Source: Octopus sinensis
Lineage: Eukaryota
Assembly (NCBI RefSeq): GCF_006345805.1
Contig: NC_043002.1
Span: 41,168,001-41,232,000 of the forward strand
DNA length: 64,000 bases
Direction: 5' to 3'
Shown here: positions 24,540 to 38,100 of the stretch, piece by piece
Layout of the letters: each line of letters begins with the position of its first letter
Numbering within the stretch: the first letter of the stretch is position 1
The notes under the pieces: generated by a model
What the model was told of the DNA's origin: nothing
The model's database searches: none
The model's input: the letters and a program-made list of their open reading frames with translations, nothing else
Translations under genes and position numbers: made by a program

Positions 24540-25520
24540 TTGTCTAAAAGTACCTAAATAGCCACACTTAACATTAGCTTCAAAGTAACTGTGGATACTA
24601 ATTTAACTAAGACAGATTTCTTAGATGCTTCAGCAGACCAAAAATCAGTAGACCTCAGCGAAAAAATAAAACGAAGAAAACTAAGGTATACTAACAGACT
24701 TTCCTGCCTCTACTCCATAACTTTTAGAAACCTCACCTTCAATATAAGCCGTGGTATCTCTAATCTACCCTCTTACACAGACACTTTGATAAGGCAGCTC
24801 CCGCCATAACAAGTCTCTGCAAAATTACGGCTTCAATGAACAGTTCTTTTATATTCTATATCCAAACTAAAAGATCTAGGAATAGGCTGAGGAAAATTAT
24901 TGGTTCACAACTCTTTCTTAAATGTTAAAATTAATTAAGCTACGAAACTCAGGAAATCTCTTGATAAATTTTTCCTGGCACATACCCTTATAAGATTTTC
25001 AATCAACAAACAGCCAAAATTAGCTACTCCAGAACGTCCACTATGAAATTCATAATAAAATTCAAGCACATGCCAAATGGAGACCCAGGATATTCCTGCA
25101 GAAATCTCAATGCCCTTCAGACCAGGCATGCACTATTAAAACAGTAGAATGTGAGAAAGAGACTACCTCAAACATACCAAACCAAACAATGAATACAAAT
25201 GTTGTATAGATATGATGGAGGACCAATTTATAACCATATGTCATCTTTCAGACATGAAGACAATGGACAGCCATGATATTGGCAGGTCATATATGATTTT
25301 TGAAAGACTATAAGATTGACTATGACAACAAACAGAGATTGCTAGAAAAACTAAAAGACTATATAAATGGCCAAAAAGACTTTACTGCTTCCACCCTATA
25401 ATTTTTAGAGCTAAAAATTGCAGACTCTGGCTAACAGAGAGGACATAAATTCTTCAAAACCTAAAAACCTCTAATACCTTTCTCAATCCTAAATATGAAA
25501 TTTTTACCAGATGTTCCAAC
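24540..25520 (+). pseudogene. Highly degenerate Penelope-like RT/GIY-YIG copy
   Basis: Broken frames give DTNLTKTDFLD, FRNLTFNISRGISNL, RSRNRLRKIIWF, KISYS, KNCRLWLTE, colinear with the 14364 ORF (DTNLKNVDFLD, LRNLVSNVGRRISSI, RTRTRKVLWF, KVSYS, KCNLCLLE). Confidence 0.75.
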
Positions 25521-26039
25521 ATGGAGAGACATATTTACTGGTCAACTGGAAAGTACTATCTCAGGACCCCAAACTACCCCCAGGGAATCGTCTTGCTCTG
25601 AAGTACACCTCATAAGTTCCATGTAATTCTTTCCTTTCTTTTCTACTTATTTTTCTCTCTCTTTTTACTCGCTTTTTCTTCTGTTTCTTCAATTTCATTT
25701 CTTTTTGTTTCTCCTGTAGTTTTCCAATAGCCTTAATGATTCTGACTTTCAGTTGGTACTTCTTTTCTCATCCACAATGAATGACTGTGTATGGAATTTG
25801 AGTTCCTAGACAGGATATTGTTGTATTACATACAAAGCATAAAATAAGAAGAGCATTTGAATAATGTTCAAACTTTGGCTCCTGGGCCACAGGATCCATA
25901 AAAACTTAAGAGACTCGAAAAATTGATTCTCTCAAATACCCTAATGACTAGAGGTAGTAGATAATTTCTGCTACCTAGGGGACCAAATTAGTAGTTGGGG
26001 AGGATGCACAGAGAGTGTGATAACTAGAATAAGAATAGG

Positions 26040-26810
26040 ATGGAGGAAATTCAGGGAGCTGTAACCATTGTTGGCCTTGAAAGGTTTCTTTCTCTGAGTC
26101 AAAGTAAGATAGTATGATATATGTATATGGACAGCAATTCTACATGGTAGTGAGATGTAGCCTCTGAATGTAGAGGATATGTGAAGGTTAGAGAGGAATG
26201 AGGCTAGTATGCCCCACTGGATGTGTAATGTAAGTGTAGATGTTTGATAATGTGCTAGTGTTTTGAGAGAGAAGTTAGGCATAAGAGGAATTAGTTGCTG
26301 TGTGTGAGAGAGAATACTGCATTGGTTTGGTCATGTGATGTGGACAGCTACATAAAGAAGTGCTGATCTCTCAAAGTAGATTAAGACCCAGGAAGACATG
26401 GGATATACTGAAGAACAACTTCAGGATGCTGAACTTTTCAAGTGAGATGACAAAGAACCAAACTGTCTGGCACCTTGCTGTACTCAAGAAGACCTGTACT
26501 CCACAACAGAAGTGTTAAAACCAGTCCCTCTGGTAGTGTAAAGCACTAAAGGTGCTGCCACATATAAAGCAGCTATGAATTGCCATGTTAAAGCACCTGT
26601 GTAGCAACACATAAAAGCGCTCGTGTGGTGCCAAGTATAAGTACCTAACACATTCTGTAGAGTGGTTGGTGTGAGGAAGAGCATCCAGCCATAGAAACCA
26701 TGCCAGATCAGATTGGAGTCTGGTGCAACTCCCCAGCTCTGGTCAAATCATCCAACACATGCCAGCATGGACAATGGACGTTAAATGATGATGAAGATGA
26801 TGATGATGAA
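26040..26810 (+). mobile_element. Degenerate RTE LINE 3' fragment with (GAT)n tail
   Basis: TAILHGSEM..VEDM.RLERNEASM with stops; 3' UTR CCATGCCAGCATGGACAATGGACGTTAAATGATGATG. Confidence 0.7.
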
Positions 26811-27051
26811 TAAAAGGAATTTTTTGGTTCCATTTATATTTCTTTTTACCCACTTCCATTGTTTTTCAACCAGATTGTGATGATTTTAATGTCATGCTAG
26901 GGAAGCTCCACATAGGTCCTCATTCTTTCTTGAAACCAAAGTAAATGGCATTTCTGTATTTCTTATACTCAATTTAAAATAAGTATTTCACTTTCCATCT
27001 AAGTTAAGTTCTCTCACTACTTGTTGATATATGTGTATATATATATATATA

Positions 27052-28167
27052 TCTTTATATATATAAAAAACTGAGAATGTGTGTCTGTCTGTCTGTCTGT
27101 CTCCCTAAAACTTGAGAACTACACAACCACCTTCATTCAAATTTTACACATGCCTTACATAGAGTCCGGGGAGTGTCATCGGCAAAAAATGTTTTTAACT
27201 TTTTGCCTAGGGCGAGTCCACAGCAATATCATATCTTCTCCACTACGATTCCCTAAAACTTGAGAACTACACAACCAATTCCATTCAAATTTTACACATG
27301 CCTTACTTAGGGTCCATGTAGTTTCATGGGCAAAAAATGTTCAACTTCTTGCCTAGAGCGAGCCCATAGCAATATCATATCTTCTCCACTATTTCAGTAT
27401 TACGTGTTAAAAGTGAAACAAAAAGGTTTCTCTATTTTATGTCAGATACTTCCACTTTAACAATAAAAATAATAATAACAATTGAATTATATGTAGTAAG
27501 TAATAATTAAAATCAAACTAAAGTATAATATAATCGTAACATAACAAAAGTAAAAATAGCAATTGGTATAAAATTGCATCAATGATTTGAACTTGAATAA
27601 GTGGTTTTACATGAATGGGAATAAATTAAAAATAAAATTAGCGTGCAGAAATGGAATAGTCCAGATGGATAATAAAAAATTAAATTAAAGAAAAGACTAT
27701 TGTCTATAACGTATACAATGTAGAGAAAAAGGAAAATTTGAACACATGGATGAAAGCACCTTCGAAAAGTGTCTTGGTGCGACTATGAAAGGTATCTAAT
27801 CAGAGGCAGTAAATTCGCCACAATAGAAGCAAGGTTCGAGTCAACGGAGCGTGCAAGGGAGTACTCGACTCGAACTTGCAAAGTGGAAATATTTTATTTT
27901 TACCTTTATATCTGGGACGTAGGACGTCCCGGAAAAAATTTTAAATGCCCCCCCCCCCCCCCGCCACCAGAGACGGGCTAACAATTCCAGTCTGTTATAT
28001 ATTTTAAGTATTGTTATCACTAGCGATATCAAGATATAACTTTGTAATTTGTATTTTATGTGTAGATGTATATATATATAGATGTACATGTAACATGTAC
28101 ACATATATATACACATATATACATGCACTAGCACTATGACCCGGCAACGACGGGTCTTTAATGCTAG
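27052..28167 (+). mobile_element. Non-autonomous Helitron-like element
   Basis: A|TC start, subterminal (TCTG)n, 3' hairpin GACCCG-GCAACGA-CGGGTC followed by CTAG|T. Confidence 0.7.
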
Positions 28168-28174
28168 TATATAT

Positions 28175-31100
28175 ATCATCATCATCATCATCATCATCGT
28201 TTAGCGTCCGTTTTCCATGCTAGCATGGGTTGGACGGTTCTACTGGGGTCTATGAAGCCAGAAGGCTTCATCAAGCCCAGTCAAATCTGGCAGTGTTTCT
28301 ACGGCTGGATGCCCTTCCTAACGCCAACCACTCCGTGAGTGTAGTGGGTGCTTTTTACGTGCCACCCGCACAGGTGCCAGACAGAGCTGGCAAACGGCCA
28401 CGAACGGATGGTGCTTTTTATGTGCCACCGGCACAAGGGCCAGGCGAGGCTGGCAACGGACACGAAACGGGGCGGTGCTGGCAACGGTCGCGAAACGGAA
28501 GGTTCTCTTACATGCCACCGGCACTGGTAACACATCTGCAATTTCCATTGATCGATTTCCATTCTGATCCTCATTTGCCTCAACGGTCTTTCACAAATAG
28601 AGTTTCGACATGCCACCGGCACTGGTAACACATCTGCAATTTCCATTGATCGATTTCCATTCTGATCCTCACTTGCCTCAACAGGTCTTCACAAGTAGAG
28701 TATCGACATGCCACCGGCACTGGTAACTCATCTGCAATTTCCATTGATCGATTTCGATTCTGATCCTCACTTGCCTCAACAGGTCTTCACAAGTAGAGTT
28801 TTGTGTCTCAAGAAGGGAAGGTATGCATACGTAGGCTGGCTCCATCCCAAGTAGAAGGCCACGGGTTATGGACTCACTTGTCCTGCCGGGTCTTCTCGCG
28901 CACAGCACACTTCCAGAGGACTCGGTCTCTAGTCATTTCCTCAGTGAGACCTAAAGTTCGAAGGTCGTGCTTCACCACCTCGTCCCAGGTTTTCCTGGTC
29001 TGCCTCTTCCACAGGTTCCCTCAACCGCTAGGGTGTGGCACTTTTTCACACAACTATCTTCATCCATTCTCGCCACATGACCATACCAGCGCAATCGTCT
29101 CTCTTGCACACCACAACTGATGCTTCTTAGGTCCAGCTTTTCTCTCAAGGTACTTACACTCTGTCGATTATGAACACTGACATTACACATCCATCGGAGC
29201 ATACTGGCTTCATTTCTTGCGAGCTTACGCATATCCTCAGCAGTCACGGCCCATGTTTCACTGCCATGTAGCATGGCTGTTCGTACACACGCATCATACA
29301 ATCTGCCTTTCACTCTGTGCGAGAGGCCATTTGTCACCAGCAGGGGTAAGAGCTCTCTGAACTTTGCCCAAGCTATTCTTACTCTAGCAGTTACACTTTC
29401 AGCACACCCGCCCCCGCTGCTGACTTGGTCACCTAGGTAACGGAAACTATCAACTATTTCTAGTTTTTCTCCCTGGAAAGTGACGGAAGTTGGTCTCAGA
29501 GCATTTTCAGTGTTTATTGTTCCTGAGCATCTGCCACATACAAAAACCATCTTCCTAGTTAGCCTTCCTTTGACATTGCTGCACCTCTTATGTGTCCATA
29601 GCTTACACATGGTGCATCTTATAGAGTTTCTACCTACACCTTTTCTACAGATCGAGCAGGGCCATCTACCTGAAGGCGTTTGTGATTTGTCTACCTTCCT
29701 ACTGATTACGACTTTGGTTTTAGCTAGATTGACTCTGAAGCCCTTCGATTCTAATCCTTGTTTCCACACCTGAAACTTCTCCTCCAGTTCTGATAGCGAC
29801 TCAGCAATTAGAGCAAGGTCATCAGCATAGAGGAGCTCCCAAGGGCATCCTGTCTTGAATTCCTCCGTTATTGCCTGGAGGACTATGATAAATAGGAGGG
29901 GGCTGAGTACTGAGCCTGGTGGACCCCTACCTCTACCCGGAATTCTTCACTGTACTTGTTTCCAACCCTCACCCTACTAGCAGCGTCCCTATACATGGCC
30001 CGCACAGCTCTCACTAACCATTCATCTATCCCTAGTTTCCTCATTGCCCACCAGATAAGGGATCGGGGGACCCTGTCGAAGGCTTTCTCCATGTCAACAA
30101 AAGCCAGGTACAGGGGCTTATCTTTGGCTAGGTATTTCTCTTGCAGCTGCCTTACCAGGAATATAGCATCAGTAGTACTTTTCCCTGGCACAAACCCAAA
30201 CTGCATCTCATCTAAACTAACTCTCTCTCTAATTAGTTGGGCTATGACCCTCTCCGTAACCTTCATCACCTGATCCAACAGCTTGATACCTCTGTAATTA
30301 TTTGTATCTAGGGCGTCACCTTTACCTTTGTAGCAGTTGACTATTATGCTGCTACACCAGTCATTGGGTATGACTCCTTTGTGTATCACCTGATTAACTA
30401 TATGGGTGACTAGGCTATAGCCGACACTACCAGACATTTTGAGCATCTCTGCAGTGATTCCTGATGGGCCTGGGGCTTTTCCCGTCTTCATGCTTCTAAT
30501 TGCCTTAGCTACCACGGAACTATCAACTCGGATAGCTGGTCCCTCTGTTGGGTCAATATTCGGCAGACTCTCTTTATCCCATTCATTTTCTTTATTCAGC
30601 AAACTTTCATAGTGGCATCTCCAAGCCTCTCTCTTTGCATCCTCATTTAGCGCAAGTGAACCATCTTCCATGCGAACACACTTCTCTCCTACCACATCAC
30701 GATTCTCTCTCACACACTGTCTTGCAACGCGAAACACCTCCAGTCTTTGGTCCTCACGGCGCAGAACATTGGCAAATTTTTTCTTATCTGCTTCCCCTCT
30801 GGCTAAATAAACCTGTCTCTTAGCTTCTCTTTTGGCAGTCTGATACAATTCCCTGCTACCCCCATTTTTCCAGACCTTCCAAGCCTGTCTCTTTTCTCTA
30901 ATAGCCCTGTCTACAACATTGTTCCACCACCACGTTATTCTAGGTCGAGAGGGGACTTTGCACCAGCCACAGATCTGGTCAGTGGCTCTCAGCAGGTTGT
31001 CCCTTAGAAACGTCCAGCTGTCTTCTACCCCCTGTGATGCTCTATCCCCTTCTACTTCGTCAGAGGCTTCAAGTAATATGTCTCTAAATCTCTGTCCATT

Positions 31101-32440
31101 TGCAGGATCTTTAAGCTTCCAGATCCTTCTTCTCCATATTGGTCGTCTTCTGGTTGTCCTCCTAGTCCTGATCCTAAAGCCACTAACTACCAGTCTATGT
31201 TGTGGGGTACATTCTTCACCTGGGAAGGTTTTGGCATTTATAAGCAGCCATCTCTCCCTTTGCCTTGCAAGGATGTAGTCAATTTGGCTGGTATGTTGGC
31301 CCGATCGGTAAGTGACTAGGTGGCTGGTAGGTTTCCTGAAGTTAGTGTTGCAAATCATAAGATTATTTGCATCGCAGAACTCCAGCAGCCTGGTTCCCTC
31401 CTCGTTTCGGGAGCCATAGCCATAGCCTCCATGTACGCCATGGAAGCCCCCAGCATGTCGTCCAACGTGACCATTGAAGTCACCAGCCACAAAGATAAGG
31501 TCTCTGTCGTTCGTCAACGAGGTAGTCTGCAGTAGAGTGTCATAGAATCGGTCTTTCTGTCCATCGGGTAGCCCCGACTGAGGAGCATAGGCTGATATAA
31601 TGGTTGCTAAACTATGATGAAGCACTAATCTAATCTTAAGTATTCTGTCACATACTCTGATTACCTCAATTACTTTATCTACTCACTTCTCAGCGATAAG
31701 TATACCCACGCCACCAACCCCGTCAGTGTTCCCTGCCCAGAAAATCTTGTACATGCGTTCCTTGCCTGTGAGGAACCTAGCTGATCCTCCTCTCCACCTT
31801 ATTTCTTGCATGCAACATATATCCACACATCTCCGTTCAAGCATCTCGACTATCTCACCAGACCTACCTTTCAGAGTGCCAACGTTGAGGGTGCCAACCC
31901 TGAGGGTGTGGGAAGCATGGGCTCTAGAGACCCTGGGACGGTGGACAGTAGCTTCGTGTACCTGAAAAGAAAGCTCGCATTTGGCGGAATTCATGTGCAA
32001 GAAATGAAGTAGTAAAGTAGCCTTCAGTACAACCTGCATAACACTAGCCTTTCATATTTTGCACTGTATGAACATTACCTTACATAGGTCGAGACTAGGG
32101 GTAGGGAGGGGTAGGGATGGTGAGAGCATTTGCAGTCTTCATGGGAAGCAACCCCGGAATGGCAAAGAATAGGAACTTCCGGCATGTGTGGTGGGGGTGG
32201 GAGGGCGTGTGCACCGTAGGTTAGTAAGGTTCTGTAAAATCGGAGCTAGCAAATGGGTTTGAAAAATCAGAGTGGCAAGACTAAACGAAAAAAAAAAAGT
32301 TTGAGCTAGACAGGGTAATGAGGGAATACTGAAAGAATGAGGAACAATACAATGAGATGGAAATTGAAGAATAGTGAAAGAATAAAGATAAGTGCAAGAT
32401 AGAAGGTAGTCGTAGCGAGGTTGAACAATTCACTTAGCTT
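28175..32440 (-). mobile_element. Near full-length RTE-clade LINE
   Basis: APE, RT and C-terminal ORF pieces on the minus strand, repeat-rich 3' UTR, (GAT)n tail at 28175-28198; 5' boundary approximate. Confidence 0.9.
28874..32039 (-). pseudogene. RTE ORF (AP endonuclease - RT - PHD finger) with 1 nonsense codon and 2 frameshifts
   Basis: APE: TLNVGTL..DICCMQEIRW, GDFNGHVG, SQIDYIL; RT: KAPGPSGI, QFGFVPGKSTTDA, FVDMEKAFDRV, GVHQ, LLYADDL. In-frame TGA at 31683-31685; 1-nt deletions near 29915 and 28997. Confidence 0.9.
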
Positions 32441-32538
32441 TAGCCAATCATGATCTGTGCGTATTTCGTCTTTAGATATTTTGAAGCGAGTGGGGTTAAC
32501 GATAATGTGATCGCTCTTTTATATATGGCGATGATGGT

Positions 32539-32573
<35 letters not shown>

Positions 32574-32589
32574 TATATATATTATATAA

Positions 32590-32687
32590 TATAGGTTCAG
32601 GTGTGACCTTGGGCAAGTATTTCCTACTATAGCCTTGAGTCAACCAAAGCCTTGTGAATGGATTTGGCAGACGAAAACTGAAAGAAG

Positions 32688-32720
<33 letters not shown>

Positions 32721-32850
32721 TGTACTTGTATGTGTGTCTTTGTATCTGAATTTGTCCCCACCACTGCTTGACAAGTGGTGTTGGTGTGTTTATGTTCTGT
32801 AACTTAGCAGTTTGGTAACAGAAACCAATAGAATAAGTATCAAGCTAAAA
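32590..32850 (+). mobile_element. SINE family C (5'-truncated)
   Basis: CCTTGGGCAAGT..CTACTATAGCC..GAATGGATTTGG..GAAAACTGAAAGAAG + (TG)n + tail. Confidence 0.65.
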
Positions 32851-32954
32851 AAAAGTAAAATTAGAGAGAAGAGAGGGAGGGGAGAGGAAAAGAGAGAGGA
32901 GAGAGATATTGCCATACAAATATATATATAATATATTGTGCACACACGCATGCA

Positions 32955-34406
32955 TCTTTATAAATAAAATTGAGAATGTGTCTGTCTGTCTGTCTGTGTG
33001 TTTCCTTAAAACTTGAGAACTACACAACCAATTTCATTCAAATTTTACACATGCCTTACTTTTTCCCTAGGGCGACCCCACAGCAATATCATATCTTCTC
33101 CAGAATTTCAGTATTACGTGTTAAAAGTGAAACAAAAACATCTCTCTATTGTAATGCAGACATTCACTTTAATACTGAAACTATTAAAGTGAAAGTATTA
33201 TATAACAGGGATGAACCATTAACAGTGGTTATCCATTTTGCTAGAAGATCCGCTATTGTCTTATATGCTACACCACTGGTTTTCAATTCATATTAATCAA
33301 ATTAATATTCGATTTCTCACCCTAATTATGTGTGTGTGTGTGTGTATTAGCAATTCGTATAAAATTGCATTAATGACTTGAACTTGAATAAGTGGTTTCA
33401 CATAAATGGGGATAAATTTAAAAGTTTGTTGTTATTATTATTACTGTTTGACAATTGTAATCACATTTGTAGATGTATTTCTATAGATATGCATGTATAT
33501 GTAAACATGTATGTCTAGATGTATATATAGATGTACATGTAATATGTACACATATATATATACATATATACATGCAAACATATATACACCCATACACACA
33601 TACTGATACACCCATCCACGCACACACACACACAAATACATACACAGGTGCAGGTGTGGATATGTGGTAACAAACTTGGTTCCAAAACACTTGGTCCTCA
33701 GTTCAGTCCCACTGTGTGGTAACTTGGCATGTGTCTTCTGCTATAGAATCATACCAACCAGAGCTCGCTCTGGGCGACGTTAGTTCGACCGTCCACAGCT
33801 ACCAGCCTACAGTCGACAAGGAGAAATGAAAGTGTCACCTCTGGAGTTCGCAAATGACCACTATACAGATACGTATAGTGGAGACAAAGATACTATGGCG
33901 ACCAGAGCTCGCTCTGGGCGACTGTACACAGCTACCGGCCGACAGTCGAAAAGTGTCTTGGTGCGACTATGAAAGATATCTAACCAGAGGCGGTAAATTC
34001 GCCACAATACAAGCAAAGTTCGAGTCAACGGAGCGTGCAAGGGAGTACTCGACTCGAACCTTGCAAAGTGGAAATATTTTATTTTTACTTTTATATCTGG
34101 AACGTCCTGGATAAAAATTTAAAATGTACCCCCAGAAGTAGAGGTAGGCTGGATTGTAGCCACACTTCTATACAAGAGGGAGGACAAGATACAATTGATC
34201 GAAATTGCAAGAGACGGGCCTACAATTCCAGTCTGTTATATATTTTGAGTATTATTATCACTAGCGATATCAAGATATAACTTTGTAATTTGTATTTTAT
34301 GTGTAGATGTATATATATAGATGTACATGTAATATGTACACATATATATACACATATATACATGCACTAGCACTATGACCCGGCAACGACAGGGACATAA
34401 TGCTAG
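32955..34406 (+). mobile_element. Non-autonomous Helitron-like element, second copy (with SINE insertion ~33645-33745)
   Basis: Same A|TC start and body as 27052; ends GACCCGGCAACGAC..CTAG|T. Confidence 0.7.
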
Positions 34407-34410
34407 TATA

Positions 34411-34740
34411 TCGATATATATGAAACTGAGAATGTGTGTCTGTCTGTCTGTCTGTGTGAATCCCTAAAACTTGAGAACTACACAACCAATTTCATTCAAA
34501 TTTTACACATGCCTTACTTAGGGTCCATGGAGTGTCATGGGCAAAGCTCTGGGCGACATTGAGGCGACTGTACACAGCTACAAGCCCACAGTCGACGCTA
34601 TGGCAACCAGAGCTCGCTCTGGGCGACATTGAGGCAACTGTACACAGCTACAAGCCCACAGTCAACGCTATGGCGACCAGAGCTCGCTCTGGGCGACATT
34701 GAGGCGACTGTACACAGCTACAAGCCCACAGTCGACGCTG
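34411..34740 (+). repeat. Partial third Helitron-like copy followed by ~2.8 x 70-bp GC-rich repeat
   Basis: Helitron head 34411-34545; GCTCTGGGCGAC at 34546, 34616, 34686. Confidence 0.75.
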
Positions 34741-36574
34741 TTGGGTTGGGTTGGGTTATATATTGAGAACTATAGCGGGAAGGCAGCATAAAAAAAAACA
34801 ACCCTTCCTCAATTGTTGGCAGATTTACCTAATCCGCATTGCGAGCAGTGGAACAAGATGCGTCTTCATCAAAGCAATTTCTCCCCCAAATAAAATTTGA
34901 GATACGTGGAAGGTCAAAGCTGCCAACAAAAACAGGACAGTGAAAACATTAGGTAAGGGCTTTTTAACCCTAACGAGGTGAAGTGGTGAACGCTGGAGAA
35001 AAAAAAGCTTAGTCATTTTAACCATAGATATTAGACACAAATGAAGTAATATTTATAAAATCTCATCTTCTTACAAAGTTAGAAAGACACCTCCATGGGG
35101 ACTTAACACCCACAATTTTGTCATTTTATCTAAGCAAAAATGAATACAGTTGTGCTCTTGGAAGCTGTAGGGTTACCCGAGCATAAAAGTTGGGCATTAT
35201 TTCTAATTCAATGGTACAACAGTGTAACAGTTTGCTTTGACATACACTTACATTGTGATTTCTGCAATGTGGTGCATAAATTGTTAAGTAAATGGGAGGC
35301 GTCTTTGTCTCTACTGATTCAGTTGCAAAGTGTTGAGTAAAGTTATTTGATTGCAGACCTCCTTTCAGTCTTTTTATTATCACTCGGTCACACATAGTCC
35401 CCTGATGGTAAAATTGATTCCCAGATGAGTGACTGGTTATTCAAAGACATTTATAGATATTAAATTCATTCTGTCTAGTTACGTAGCAGTATAGTGGTCA
35501 TTTGCAAACTCCAGATGTGACACTTTAATTTCTCCTAAGCCCTTACGTCACACAGTTGTTAATGCTGATTTCATTTGGGTCACGCCCTTCCAATTGCTAT
35601 AGATTCATAATGCATCTTACGGCTGTGCCTGTCACCTGGATGGTGAGGAATCCTACATTGGGAGTGGTAACAACTAGGGTAGGGTAACTGACTGCTTATT
35701 GTGATCATTCGTCTTTTGGTTTCCATGTGGCATGATTACAATTTTTTTAGGGTGTGTAAAGAGGGAAATAACCCTCATCTGCAATTTTGATGAAATTCGA
35801 AACATAGATATTCCAGTTCATTCAGAATATATAACAGAAAAGTCTAATTCTTCAATTGAATGCAACCGGGCAACGCTGGGTATCTCTGCTAGTATAGATA
35901 TAAAGATATATAGATATTTATGTACGTTTGTTTGTCTGTATGCATGCATGTATTTATATGTGTGTGTGCATATATGCATGTGTGTGCTTATGTGCATGTA
36001 TAATGCTATTGTAGATAAATATTACTATTTTTCCGAGACTTTGAAGTTTATTGTGCACTTTCCATTATTATTTAAAAAACTATTAAGCTTGAATGTGGAA
36101 AGTGCTTTTTTATATAACTGCAATATATTATAACAATTTGTAAGTGGTTTCAGAAACAAAAATGAGATTGTTAGATACGTCGAATGGAGTGAATATATGT
36201 TTATCAAACATATTGTATACAATTTCCTTATGCATATGTATTTATAACCATGTATTAGTGATAAATATTTTGTTTTTGAATTGTCAATTATATAGCATTA
36301 TGGATATGTCTTTATGCTGGCCTTAGTTTGTTTACATTTATTCATCGGCAGGCTTCTGTTTTTTTTAACTTCTAAAATTGAAAGGTGAATTAAGTAATTC
36401 CTCAAGAACCTAAGAAAGTTCAAACTAGTGATACGATTGTGGTATTTAACTGCCCAAGTTCCTATTGTTAATCTACTGTTTATAACCTCATTGGCTGGCA
36501 CTCTGTCAGTTATGACAACAAAGGATCAAGTTGATCCAATCAATAGAACAGCTTGCTTGTGAAATTAATGGGCA

Positions 36575-36750
36575 AGGTACAGGCATAGCTATGTGGTAGG
36601 AAGCTTGTTTCTCAACCACATAGTTTCAAGTTCAGTCTCACTGCATGTCACTTTGGACAAGTGTCTTCTACTATAGCCTTGCACCGACCAAACTTTGTGA
36701 ATAGAACTGAAAAAAGCTTGTCATATGTATATAAATATATATATATATAT

Positions 36751-36783
<33 letters not shown>

Positions 36784-36934
36784 GTTTAACATCCGCTTTC
36801 CATGCTAGCATGGGTTGGATGATTTGACTGAGGACTGACGAACCAGATGGCTGCACCAGGCTCCAATCTGATCTGGCAGAGTTTCTACAGCTGGATGCCC
36901 TTCCTAATGCCAATCACTCCGAGAGTGTAGTGAG

Positions 36935-36967
<33 letters not shown>

Positions 36968-37665
36968 CATCATCATCATTTAGTGTCCGCTTTCCATGCT
37001 AGCATGGGTTGGACGGTTCAACCGGGGTCTGTGAAGCTGGAAGGCCGCATCAGGCCCAGTCTGATCTGGCAGTATACATATATATATATATAGTAATAAT
37101 AGCAATAACCCTTGGATGGAATTTATAAACATTTAATGCATCACTACATGCGTTTCCACTTAGCATATGTCTCTTAAGATCAGAGTCCATATATGTATGA
37201 ATGTATGTATCTATGTGTGTGTGTCTTTGTGTTTGTCCTCCACTACTGCTGGTGTGTTTATGCCCTCATAACTTAGTGGTTTGGCAAAAGAAACTGACAG
37301 AATAAGTACTAGGTTAAAAAGTCATGGTGTTGATTTCTTTGACTAAAACTCTACAAGGCAGTGCTCCAGCATGGTCGTGATCAAATGACCAGTGCCTCGT
37401 AAAAGCGCCCGTGTGGTATCATGTAATAGCACTCGTGTGGCAACGTGTAAAAGCGCCCATGTGGCATCACATACAGTGCGACATAAAAGCGCTTGTGTGG
37501 TGACATGTAAAACCACCCAGCACACTCTGTAAATTGGGTGACATTAGAAAGGGTATCCAGCCATAGAAGCCATGCCAAATCAGACTGGAGTCTGGTGCAG
37601 CTCCCCAGCTCTGATCACACTATCCAGCCCATGCCACCATGGACAATGGATGTTAAATGATGATG
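36575..37665. mobile_element. Cluster of SINE C and RTE 3'-tail fragments
   Basis: SINE C 36575-36720 (+); RTE tails ~36752-36935 (-), 36967-37075 (-), 37385-37665 (+). Confidence 0.65.
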
Positions 37666-37849
37666 GCTGAGTACTCCACAGACACATGTATCCTTAACGT
37701 AGTTCTCAGGGAGATTCGGCGTGACACAGAATGTGACAAGGCTGGCCCTTTGAAATACAGGTACAACTCACTGATGCCAGTTGAGTGGACTGGACAACAT
37801 GAAATAAAGTGTCTTGCTCATTAATTACTTAATTAAGCCCCTTGCTCTT

Positions 37850-38100
37850 TATGGAGAATTTTGGCCAACGATGACTTTTCCTTATTGTTCATGATGCTGG
37901 GTTGTCTTTTATTTTTGCTTCCCCACAATCGGATCCCTCCTTACTAGCAGCTTTCTTTTGGATTTTGTTGTACTGCCTCATATGTTTCCCTAAAGGAAGG
38001 CCTTCCACTCCCAGGTCTTGGTTTTGAAATGTTATTGATACTTCTGTAACTGCTTTTCTTTTTTTTCTAGATAAAGGTTTTGGCTCCTCACAATCCCATT
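37850..38100 (-). mobile_element. Possible Tc1/mariner transposase N-terminal remnant
   Basis: Minus strand AGACCTGGGAGTGGAAGGCCT = RPGSGRP motif; otherwise degenerate. Confidence 0.35.

Noticed and set aside
32040-32440. HDV-like ribozyme at the RTE 5' end (known for some RTE elements)
   Set aside because: I could not identify the nested double pseudoknot by eye; needs a descriptor search.
34825-35060. Possible Helitron helicase remnant (IASSG)
   Set aside because: Only a 5-residue resemblance, followed by a stop; insufficient.
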